Below, in pieces: positions 9,984 through 18,329 of a stretch of DNA of 64,000 nt (positions are counted from its first letter, which is position 1; the number at the start of each line of letters is the position of its first letter). The DNA comes from Candidatus Omnitrophota bacterium (GTDB lineage Bacteria > Omnitrophota > Gorgyraeia > Duberdicusellales > 4484-171): NCBI GenBank assembly GCA_043823745.1, contig JBDRAN010000003.1:2958-66957 (forward strand). Reading direction: 5' to 3'. The notes under the pieces were generated by a model. It saw only the letters and a program-made list of their open reading frames with translations, searched no databases and had not been told where the DNA came from. The position numbers were made by a program, and so were the translations under genes.

Positions 9984-10422
9984 TCCTAAAACAGGGATGT
10001 CTTTAATTGTAAAGACCATTACCCGCCTAACCATAGGCTTGATACTAATTTTTGGCATCTATATTGTTTTACACGGCCATCTCTCTCCGGGGGGCGGATT
10101 TGCGGGAGGCGTAATTATTGCTCTTTCTTTTGTGCATCTTATGCTTGCGTTTGGCAAAGAGGCAGCGCTCAGCAAGATTACCAAAAATACCGCCGCCAGT
10201 TTAGAAAGTATCGGCGCTCTAATGTTTTTGTCTATAGCTTTATTGGGATTTTTGGGAGGATCATTTTTTCTAAATTTCATCGGCAAAGGGAAACCATTTC
10301 ATTTATTGAGCGCCGGAACTATTCCTTTAAGTAATATAGCAATCAGCTTAAAAGTGGGAGTAGGATTGTTTGCGATATTTTTAGCATTAACAGTACTAGA
10401 AGGGGTAAAGAAGAAAGATTGA
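9973..10422 (+). CDS. mnhB: MrpB/MbhF-like subunit
   Basis: HGHLSPGGGFAGG. Confidence 0.85.
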   Translation: MIDNPKTGMSLIVKTITRLTIGLILIFGIYIVLHGHLSPGGGFAGGVIIALSFVHLMLAFGKEAALSKITKNTAASLESIGALMFLSIALLGFLGGSFFLNFIGKGKPFHLLSAGTIPLSNIAISLKVGVGLFAIFLALTVLEGVKKKD

Positions 10423-10475
10423 CCAATACGACTACTTGTACGGGTCAATGGCGCCAGAGGTAGCCAGCAAGAATC

Positions 10476-10814
10476 ATGAGCCTTTATTTTTTATGTTTAG
10501 CTTTATTTTGCGTGGGCCTTTACGGGGTGCTACGCAAACGAAACCTGGTTAAAATAATCATAGGCTTAGGAATCATAGAATATTCCATGAACCTATTTTT
10601 TGTTTTATTAGGTTACCGCGCGCACGGCCGCGCGCCCATTGACGCACAAGATCAAAACATTTTAACTATGGTTGATCCGCTCCCTCAAGCATTAGTGCTT
10701 ACCTCGATCGTCATCGGTTTAGGGGTTACGGCGTTAGTTATTTCGATCGCGGTCAGGATTTATGAAAAATACGGCACCTTTGATATCACAAAAATAAAAA
10801 AACTTAAAGGTTAA
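10476..10814 (+). CDS. mnhC: MrpC/MbhG-like subunit
   Basis: DPLPQALVLTSIVIG. Confidence 0.9.
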   Translation: MSLYFLCLALFCVGLYGVLRKRNLVKIIIGLGIIEYSMNLFFVLLGYRAHGRAPIDAQDQNILTMVDPLPQALVLTSIVIGLGVTALVISIAVRIYEKYGTFDITKIKKLKG

Positions 10815-12320
10815 ATGCATAACGCAAACATTATTCCTTTTTTTGTCATTATACCGCTCCTGTGCGCCTTTTTGGTTTCTCTTTTAGGTAGATACTTAAA
10901 ACGTACTTTTGTTCATTCGCTCTCAGTGATCTCCTGCTTTTTGCTGATGCTTCTTTCTTTTTACAGCCTGTATATTTTACGCAGCAACCCGACTTTGGTT
11001 TATAAAATTGGCGGGTGGCTTCCGCCCTTTGGTATTTGCATGGTCTTAGACGGCTTAAGCTGTTTTATGCTGATAACCGTAAATCTGGTTGCTTTCTTTG
11101 TCTGTATATATTCGCTGAGCTATATGGAAAAATATACGGATAAGCCAAAGTTTTATACTTTGTTTTTCTTAATGCTGACCGGCATGAACGGCTTAATTGT
11201 AACCGGGGACTTATTCAATCTCTTTGTCTTCTTAGAAATTGCTTCAATCGCTAGTTACGCATTAGTTGCTTTCGGCACCGAGGCAGAGGAACTCGAAGCA
11301 GCTTTTAAATATACCATTATGGGCTCGGTTGCTTCCAGTTTCATTTTCATCGCAATTGCGTTCTTGTACGGCTTTACTTCCACCCTGAATATGGCTGATA
11401 TGGCGCAGATTTTAAGCGCAAAACCAAATACGTTCCTTATTCCTTTTGTGTCTGTGCTTTTTTTAATGGGTTTTGGGTTAAAGGCAGCCCTGGTGCCTTT
11501 TCATGCCTGGCTTCCCGATGCGCACCCTTCCGCGCCTGCCTCGATATCTGCTATGCTTTCAGGCGTTTTAATCAAGGCTTTGGGTGTGTATGCGTTAGTG
11601 CGTATTTTCTTTAATATTATTGGTGTTACCAACGGTTTCCTCTCGACTTTAATGTTTTTGGGGGCACTTTCAATGCTGGTGGGAGTAATTTTAGCGCTTT
11701 CCCAATGGGATTTAAAAAGGCTCCTCGCATACCACTCCATAAGCCAAATTGGCTATGTAGTGTTAGGTATTGGCTTAGGCACGCCCTTGGGGATATTGGG
11801 CGGCTTGTTTCATCTCTTTAATCATTCCATATTTAAATCTCTGCTTTTTTTAAACGCTGGGGCGATAGATTATGCTACGGGCACACGCGAGTTAAAGGAA
11901 ATGTCCGGCCTAAAAGAAAAAATGCCTATAACCTCTAATACTAATCTCATTGCCTCAATGTCTATTGCGGGAATCCCGCCGTTTAACGGTTTCTGGAGCA
12001 AACTTATCATTATTTTAGCCTGCGTGGAAACGGGCCATATTGGTTATGCGATCGCAGCAGTGCTTGGCTCTATTTTAACCTTAGCAAGTTTTATGAAAGT
12101 ACAAAAGTTTGCCTTCTTAGGTACACTGAGAGAAAAATATAAAAATATTACAGAAGTTCCTTTTACGATGAAGGTATCTATGATTTGTTTAGCCATAATA
12201 TGCATTTCCGGCGGACTTTTATTATTGCCGTCTTTTAAGTTTTTCCTTAATGGCGCCGTCAATACAGTGTTGGAAAGCAGAAACTATGCCACACTAGTTT
12301 TTGAAGCAGCTTTAAAATGA
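10815..12320 (+). CDS. mnhD: MrpD/MbhH-like subunit
   Basis: GDLFNLFVFLEI, KAALVPFHAWLPDAH, KRLLAYHSISQIGY. Confidence 0.92.
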   Translation: MHNANIIPFFVIIPLLCAFLVSLLGRYLKRTFVHSLSVISCFLLMLLSFYSLYILRSNPTLVYKIGGWLPPFGICMVLDGLSCFMLITVNLVAFFVCIYSLSYMEKYTDKPKFYTLFFLMLTGMNGLIVTGDLFNLFVFLEIASIASYALVAFGTEAEELEAAFKYTIMGSVASSFIFIAIAFLYGFTSTLNMADMAQILSAKPNTFLIPFVSVLFLMGFGLKAALVPFHAWLPDAHPSAPASISAMLSGVLIKALGVYALVRIFFNIIGVTNGFLSTLMFLGALSMLVGVILALSQWDLKRLLAYHSISQIGYVVLGIGLGTPLGILGGLFHLFNHSIFKSLLFLNAGAIDYATGTRELKEMSGLKEKMPITSNTNLIASMSIAGIPPFNGFWSKLIIILACVETGHIGYAIAAVLGSILTLASFMKVQKFAFLGTLREKYKNITEVPFTMKVSMICLAIICISGGLLLLPSFKFFLNGAVNTVLESRNYATLVFEAALK

Positions 12321-12811
12321 AAAGCAGAATTGTATTATTCATTTTTGGTTATGTTATTTGGATGCTTTTAGGCTGGTCGCTTGATTTTGCCAACGCTGTA
12401 GTGGGTATTTTTGTAGCAGGGCTTGTTGCTATGTTAACCGGTGATATGTTTAGCCGCAGGCCACATCACTTTAGCCACCTCAGTAGATATTTATGGTTTG
12501 CGTATTATGTTCCGTTATTTCTCTGGGAATGCCTTAAGGCAAATATTGATGTAGCCCTGCGGGTAAGTAATCCAAGATTACCCATCAATCCCGGTATCGT
12601 CAAGGTTAAAACAACGTTAAAATCAGATACTGCCCTTACTTTTCTGGCAAACTCCATTACGCTTACGCCGGGCACTTTTTGCGTAGATATAAACCCTAAA
12701 GAGAGCATTCTCTACATCCATTGGCTTCACGTTAAATCCCAAGATCAACAGAAGGCAACACAACTAATTGTAGATAAATTTGAGAAGGTTTTAAAAAAAA
12801 TATTTGAATAA
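12317..12811 (+). CDS. mnhE: MrpE/MbhA-like subunit
   Basis: LANSITLTPGT, LYIHW. Confidence 0.9.
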   Translation: MKSRIVLFIFGYVIWMLLGWSLDFANAVVGIFVAGLVAMLTGDMFSRRPHHFSHLSRYLWFAYYVPLFLWECLKANIDVALRVSNPRLPINPGIVKVKTTLKSDTALTFLANSITLTPGTFCVDINPKESILYIHWLHVKSQDQQKATQLIVDKFEKVLKKIFE

Positions 12812-13182
12812 TGAAATTAAAATATACATATCTTAGCTGGTGCTTAGGGTTATTAGCTATATCCACGATATTATTTTTTATCAGTTTCTACCCGGTACCG
12901 TCACTCCTACGATGGCAATCACCAATACTTTCGCGCTGCTTTTTCATCTTAATGATGTGCTTCGGCATATGTTTGTGGCGGATAATACGGGGGCCAACTG
13001 CGGCTGACCGGGCAGTGGCTATAGATACTATTGGTATTTTGATTGTAGGCTTTTGCGCCATTCTCAGTATCTCCACTGCAAGAGATTGGTATATTGATAT
13101 TGCGATTGCCTGGGCACTGCAAAGTTTTATCGGAGCGCTCGCTTTGGCTAAATACTTGGAAGGCAAAGGGTTTGATGAATAG
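12811..13182 (+). CDS. mnhF: MrpF/MbhB-like subunit
   Basis: RGPTAADRAVAID. Confidence 0.88.
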   Translation: MKLKYTYLSWCLGLLAISTILFFISFYPVPSLLRWQSPILSRCFFILMMCFGICLWRIIRGPTAADRAVAIDTIGILIVGFCAILSISTARDWYIDIAIAWALQSFIGALALAKYLEGKGFDE

Positions 13183-13226
13183 TACTGTCCACGCGCTATA
13201 AGACGAGATGTAAAACGGAGAAAACG

Positions 13227-13565
13227 ATGAACGAAATTATCGGATACATATTTATCGTAGTCGGGTTAGCTTTTGATATATTTGGCTGTGTCGGCCTAAT
13301 CCGCCTTCCTGATGTATACACCCGTCTGCAAGCAACTACCAAATGCGTTACGTTAGGCACGTGCAGTATTCTTGTGGGCACCATCATTATCAAAGGTTTT
13401 ACGGGCACCGGAATAAAGGCTTTTTTATGCATAATATTTTTGCTTTTAACTGCTCCCGTTGCCGCACATGCGCTTTCTCGCGGCGCGCACGCGGCGGGAG
13501 TAAAACTCTGGGAAAAATCAGTTTGCGATAAATACGCTGATGATAAAAAAACAAAGAAAATCTAA
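13227..13565 (+). CDS. mnhG: MrpG/MbhC-like subunit
   Basis: RLPDVYTRLQATTK, TAPVAAHAL. Confidence 0.9.
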   Translation: MNEIIGYIFIVVGLAFDIFGCVGLIRLPDVYTRLQATTKCVTLGTCSILVGTIIIKGFTGTGIKAFLCIIFLLLTAPVAAHALSRGAHAAGVKLWEKSVCDKYADDKKTKKI

Positions 13566-13581
13566 ATTGAACGGGTAAGAT

Positions 13582-14184
13582 ATGAAATATCCAAAATTAA
13601 GAGAAATCAAGGGCGCGTTACAATCTTTATTTACGAAAGCCTATACCGCAAAGTTTCCCTTTGCGCCCCATACGCCTTCTGCGCATTTTCGGGGAAAACC
13701 TTATTATGATGAAGAAAAATGTATCGGCTGCACTGCGTGCGTCAATGTCTGCCCATCCGGAGCATTGAGCTTTGATGATGAAAGCTCCAAGGAAAACGCC
13801 CTGCGGAGACTTACCGTGCGTTGGGATATCTGTATCGAATGCGGCCAGTGCCAGCTTAATTGTCCGACCGAAGAAGGTATAAAGCTTTCTGGGGAGTTTG
13901 ATATCTCGACCACCGAAAAGCGGGATGATCTGCATCAAAATATCGAAAAAGAAATGGTAATCTGCGAACATTGCAACAGTCCGATTGCATGCAAAGACCA
14001 CATTGTCTGGACCATACAAAAATTAGGGCCACTCTACACCACCAACACTTCCCTAATAAACTTTCAGCAACAATCTCTCCAGGCCGGCGATACAATTCCA
14101 AAAAAAGAAAACACCATCGGACGATCCGATCGTTTTAAGGTCCTGTGCCCGGCCTGCCGCAGAGAAGCAGTGTTTAGTTCATAA
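13582..14184 (+). CDS. NuoI/MbhN-like 2x[4Fe-4S] subunit with an extra CxxC...CxxC module
   Basis: CIGCTACVNVCP, CIECGQCQLNCP, CEHC...CPAC. Confidence 0.9.
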   Translation: MKYPKLREIKGALQSLFTKAYTAKFPFAPHTPSAHFRGKPYYDEEKCIGCTACVNVCPSGALSFDDESSKENALRRLTVRWDICIECGQCQLNCPTEEGIKLSGEFDISTTEKRDDLHQNIEKEMVICEHCNSPIACKDHIVWTIQKLGPLYTTNTSLINFQQQSLQAGDTIPKKENTIGRSDRFKVLCPACRREAVFSS

Positions 14185-14226
14185 ACGCTAATTACCGCTA
14201 ATCTAAAAACGCTAATAACCGCTAAT
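14185..14226 (+). repeat. short degenerate CGCTAAT repeats; inverted counterpart at 18274-18313
   Basis: ACGCTAATTACCGCTAAT...ACGCTAATAACCGCTAAT. Confidence 0.6.
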
Positions 14227-14241
14227 AAAAAAATCACGCCC

Positions 14242-15345
14242 ATGCAAAAAACGCCCCGATGTCTGGCTTTCGATCTCGGTAAGGTGATTTTTGATTTTGA
14301 CTATACGGTTGCGCTCGAACGCATCAAGAATGACATCACGGTGCCCATCGAAAAGGTGCTGGATGAAGTCTTTATGAATAATTGTTTCCTTGATTTTGAA
14401 AAAGGGCTCGTTTCAGACAAAGAGTTTTACGCGCAATTTATCCGTACCTTCGGCTCATCGATTTCCTATGGTAGATTCGTTGATATCTGGTCTGATATTT
14501 TTACTCCTAAACAGGAAATTATCACGCTCCTGGGCCGGCTGCGTCTGCTATACCCGCTGTACCTGGTCTCAAACATCAATGAATTGCACTACGAACATCT
14601 ATACCGCAAACACCCCGATGTTTTTGGCCTTTTCAATGGGCTCCTGCTTTCCTATCAATTAAAATCACTAAAGCCGGAAGAGAAATTTTACGCGCATCTA
14701 AAAAAAGTAAGCGGTTGCGAATACCGGGAAATCGTCTATGTTGACGACCGCAAAGATTTAATTGACGCCGCGCAAAAACTTAACCTTGCCTGTATACTGT
14801 TCCAGGATTTCACGACGCTTCTTGAGGGCCTCGTGCAGGCGGGAATAGAAATTCCTACTGGCGCTGAAGCGAATACGCTCACCAGGCTACGAAACACTCT
14901 CTCCGGCGCAAAACGCCCACTCATTGTCGGTATCGGAAACACGATGCGCGCTGACGATGGGGCAGGTGCCGTGATTGCTGCGACACTTGTTGGCGCCATC
15001 AACATCACCGTCATCAACGCCGGCGCATCAATTGAAAATTATCTTGGAAAAATTGACCATTACAATCCTGACTGCGTCATTATTGTTGATGCGGCTGAGT
15101 TCCAGGAACATGAACGCTTCGCGCTGTATGACGTAGGTATGCTACAAAACATCTCTTTACATCTTACACATGACTCGTCGCTGAAACTGGCTCTTACCTA
15201 CTTGCAAAATATAAAACCCTCTGATATACTGATTTTGACGATTAGGCCAAAAACATTCACACTCGGCGCGCCGATGAGTGCTGACGTACATACGACCGTG
15301 GAAATTCTTAATACATTTTTCTTAAATAATTTTCGATTATCATGA
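14242..15345 (+). CDS. fusion of a HAD-family phosphatase and a HycI-type hydrogenase maturation protease
   Basis: N-terminal FDLGKV, LVSN, K-P, YVDD (HAD motifs I-IV); C-terminal IVGIGN-x-x-R-x-DDGAG, IIVDAA, TH. Confidence 0.85.
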   Translation: MQKTPRCLAFDLGKVIFDFDYTVALERIKNDITVPIEKVLDEVFMNNCFLDFEKGLVSDKEFYAQFIRTFGSSISYGRFVDIWSDIFTPKQEIITLLGRLRLLYPLYLVSNINELHYEHLYRKHPDVFGLFNGLLLSYQLKSLKPEEKFYAHLKKVSGCEYREIVYVDDRKDLIDAAQKLNLACILFQDFTTLLEGLVQAGIEIPTGAEANTLTRLRNTLSGAKRPLIVGIGNTMRADDGAGAVIAATLVGAINITVINAGASIENYLGKIDHYNPDCVIIVDAAEFQEHERFALYDVGMLQNISLHLTHDSSLKLALTYLQNIKPSDILILTIRPKTFTLGAPMSADVHTTVEILNTFFLNNFRLS

Positions 15346-15716
15346 AGCGTCTTATACTCATTCTTATGGTAGTGCCTATGCTTTGTTCAGGCTGTATACC
15401 CCTTTTAGTGGGGGCCGGCGTCGTAACCGGGTATTCGTTAAGTAATGACGCTGCGATCGGAAACCTTTCGGTTCAATATGACCGCCTCTGGAAGCGCTGC
15501 GAACTAACACTTGAAAAAATGCAAGCAACGATCCTAGAAGCCAAACAATCAAAAGGCCTCATCAAGGCACGTATGTCGGATAATGATGTAACGATTAGAA
15601 TCGACACCATTGACAACGCAAACCAGCGCTTACGGGTCTCTGCGCGGCGGTTCATGATGCCCAAACCACAATTTGCCCAAAAAGTCTTCTTTAAAATCAC
15701 CGAAAACCTTAAGTGA
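15342..15716 (+). CDS. lipoprotein (DUF3568-like)
   Basis: lipobox SGC followed by a Gly/Ala-rich segment. Confidence 0.65.
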   Translation: MKRLILILMVVPMLCSGCIPLLVGAGVVTGYSLSNDAAIGNLSVQYDRLWKRCELTLEKMQATILEAKQSKGLIKARMSDNDVTIRIDTIDNANQRLRVSARRFMMPKPQFAQKVFFKITENLK

Positions 15717-16507
15717 AAGAACTACTTCTTGCATTTAGCCTCCTGTTTGCTGCCTGCACTCCGGAACTAACCACAAAACCATCAGAAGTAATTTCAAATT
15801 ATAATGATGTTGGGGTTCTTGAAGTAATCGACGGCGACACCATTAAGCTTGCCGACGGAAAACTTCTGCGTTATATCGGGATTGACACTCCGGAAACCCG
15901 CATCAAAAAAGGAAACCGTTTCATCTATTCCCCCCAGCCGGGAGCGGTAGAAGCAACTACGTTTAATAAATCACTGGTGTCCGGAAAAAAGGTACGTATT
16001 GAGTTTGATGTGCAAAAAACCGACAAATATGGCAGGCTCCTTGGATACTGCTACGTCGGTGATACGTTCGTCAATGCCCGACTGATAGAGGAGGGTTACG
16101 CCGTCCTTTTAACCTATCCGCCGAACGTCAAATACGCTGATCTTTTCGTAAAGCTTCAGAAACAAGCACGCGAGGCCCGGCGCGGCCTCTGGGGAGCCTA
16201 TGCGGTCATTGATCATGCCCAGGCACACCGCTTCATCAACCAGGTACGCACCGTCCGCGGGACTGTGCTCAATACGCATCTTACAAAAAAATGCATGCTG
16301 TTGAATTTTGGAAGTAACTATAAAGACGACTTCACCATTGTCATTTTTGCCAACTCATATCGATTTTTCGAAAAAGCCGGTATCGACCCGCTAACCTTTT
16401 ATAAAGGGAAAACCGTCCAGGCCACCGGCAGAATCCGCTCCTATAACGGCCCGGAAATCATTGCAAATGGCCCGCTGGATATAGAAGTCGTGGGGGCTTC
16501 TTCATAA
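15713..16507 (+). CDS. thermonuclease (SNase) family lipoprotein with a C-terminal OB-fold-like domain
   Basis: VIDGDTI, RYIGIDTPE, DKYGRLL, ARRGLW; lipobox AAC. Confidence 0.9.
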   Translation: MKELLLAFSLLFAACTPELTTKPSEVISNYNDVGVLEVIDGDTIKLADGKLLRYIGIDTPETRIKKGNRFIYSPQPGAVEATTFNKSLVSGKKVRIEFDVQKTDKYGRLLGYCYVGDTFVNARLIEEGYAVLLTYPPNVKYADLFVKLQKQAREARRGLWGAYAVIDHAQAHRFINQVRTVRGTVLNTHLTKKCMLLNFGSNYKDDFTIVIFANSYRFFEKAGIDPLTFYKGKTVQATGRIRSYNGPEIIANGPLDIEVVGASS

Positions 16508-16689
16508 AATCACTGTTACAGGATTCTATTTACCCCCCCCTCAATACTGTACCTTGATACCTGACACTTCAATATTTAATAAACTACTTACGCCGAAAAA
16601 ATACATTTGCAACCCCTCTCGAATTACATGCATTTTTTCGGCATACCTCGACGTAATCTGAAATTTGCCTTAAAATTACAGGCAAATTT

Positions 16690-16718
16690 CAGCCCCACAG
16701 GGCGTCCCTGGGGGACAG
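16690..16718 (+). repeat. single dispersed copy of the 26-bp unit that is tandem at 28992-29101
   Basis: CAGCCCCACAGGGCGTCCCTGGGGACAGC vs CAGCCCCTCTGGGCGTCCCTGGAGGACAGC. Confidence 0.7.
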
Positions 16719-16933
16719 CGTCGACCCCTGTTCAAGCTACGGGTGGGGCAGAAAATGCCCCCATCTTCATCGAAGTTCTCGGTGCATTTTCTGGGTAAAA
16801 AGATTTTACTTAAAAAAATAAAATTTTAGTGTATAATATGGCTTCCTTTGGGGGGAGGCAGGTTTACCACTGCTAAAAGGTACAGGCACTCCCTGGCACA
16901 CTTTTTCAATAACCACACACAATAAAAGAAAAA

Positions 16934-18277
16934 ATGGCTGAAGACAAACTGACGAAAATAGTATCTCTTTGCCGCAGGCGGGGTTTTGTATTCGGGGGTT
17001 CAGAGATCTACGGTGGCCTTGCGAGCTTCTGGGATTACGGACCCCTGGGGGTAAGGCTTAAGAAGAAAATCAAGGATGTCTGGTGGGATACCTACGTAAA
17101 CCGCCGCAACGACATCGTCGGCCTTGATTCCAGTATCATCATGCATGAAGATGTTTTCCGTGCCTCCGGCCACTTGGAAGGTTTTGCTGACTTGCTGGTT
17201 GATTGCCCGGGATGTAAGAAACGCTTTCGCCTTGATAAGCTTGAAAAAATTTCAGAAAACCTTTATTCCTGCCCTGATTGCAGCGCCAAAATCGATACTC
17301 AAAAAAGTAAAGCGCGTAAATTTAACCTCATGCTTAAAACCAACGTCAGCGCGACCGAAGATGAACCAACCTACGGTTACCTGCGACCTGAAACCGCACA
17401 GGGCATTTTTACTAACTTTGCGAATGTGCTCGATACCACTCACAAAAAACTCCCCTTAGGCATCGCACAAATCGGAAAAGCCTTCAGAAACGAAGTAACT
17501 ACGGGGAGCTTTATCTTCCGAATGAAAGAATTCGAGCAAATGGAAATTGAGTACTTTGTTAACCCGCACGATTCCGACGAATACTACCGCCAATGGGTCA
17601 CGGAACGCTTTACCTTTTACGTTGAAAAAATCGGCTTGAGCAAGGAAAACTTACGGCTGCGCGAGCATGGCAAAGAAGAGCTTGCGCATTACGCTAAATC
17701 CTGCACCGATATCGAATTCAATTTTCCGTTTGGCTGGAGCGAGCTCGAGGGAATTGCGAACCGCGGAAACTTCGATTTAACCGAACATTCACGGGTAAGC
17801 AAAAAAGATCTTTCTTACTACGACGACCAGAAAAAAGAACGATTTGTCCCTTTTGTCATCGAACCTTCCAGCGGCGTGGACAGAACGTTCTTTGCGGTAA
17901 TCAGCGACGCCTACTATGAAGAAGTGGTCAAAGATAAAGTACGCGTGGTATTGAAGTTTAAACCCTCGATGGCCCCGTACACTGCGGCAGTATTTCCCTT
18001 ACTTAAAAATCGGCCGGAGCTGGTCGAACTTGCAAAAAATATTTTTTGTGATATAAAAGAAAAATTCCCTGCCGTATACGATGATTCCGGCGCGATCGGG
18101 AAACTTTATCGCCGGCAGGATGAAATCGGAACGCCATTCTGTATTACCGTTGACGTAGAAAGCCTGAATGACGGTAAAATCACCGTCCGCGACCGCGACA
18201 GCATGCAACAGGAACGTATCGCTGCGGATAAAGTATTAGAATTTCTTGTGGAAAAAGTAACTAACGCTTACCATTAG
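16934..18277 (+). CDS. glyQS: glycine--tRNA ligase (alpha2 type)
   Basis: YLRPETAQGIF, GKAFRNE, EFEQMEIE, ELAHY, YRRQDEIGTPFC. Confidence 0.97.
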   Translation: MAEDKLTKIVSLCRRRGFVFGGSEIYGGLASFWDYGPLGVRLKKKIKDVWWDTYVNRRNDIVGLDSSIIMHEDVFRASGHLEGFADLLVDCPGCKKRFRLDKLEKISENLYSCPDCSAKIDTQKSKARKFNLMLKTNVSATEDEPTYGYLRPETAQGIFTNFANVLDTTHKKLPLGIAQIGKAFRNEVTTGSFIFRMKEFEQMEIEYFVNPHDSDEYYRQWVTERFTFYVEKIGLSKENLRLREHGKEELAHYAKSCTDIEFNFPFGWSELEGIANRGNFDLTEHSRVSKKDLSYYDDQKKERFVPFVIEPSSGVDRTFFAVISDAYYEEVVKDKVRVVLKFKPSMAPYTAAVFPLLKNRPELVELAKNIFCDIKEKFPAVYDDSGAIGKLYRRQDEIGTPFCITVDVESLNDGKITVRDRDSMQQERIAADKVLEFLVEKVTNAYH

Positions 18278-18329
18278 CGGTAATTCGCGCTTTAAATTAG
18301 CGTAAATTAGCGTCCAAAAGGAGGACACC

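Noticed and set aside
4853-14184. Respiratory complex I (nuo) or a Ni-less Mbx/Ehr complex
   Set aside because: The large subunit has both CxxC NiFe motifs and a maturation protease follows.
16849-16900. T-box or ncRNA upstream of glyQS
   Set aside because: Only a modest hairpin; no T-box, SRP or other recognisable consensus.
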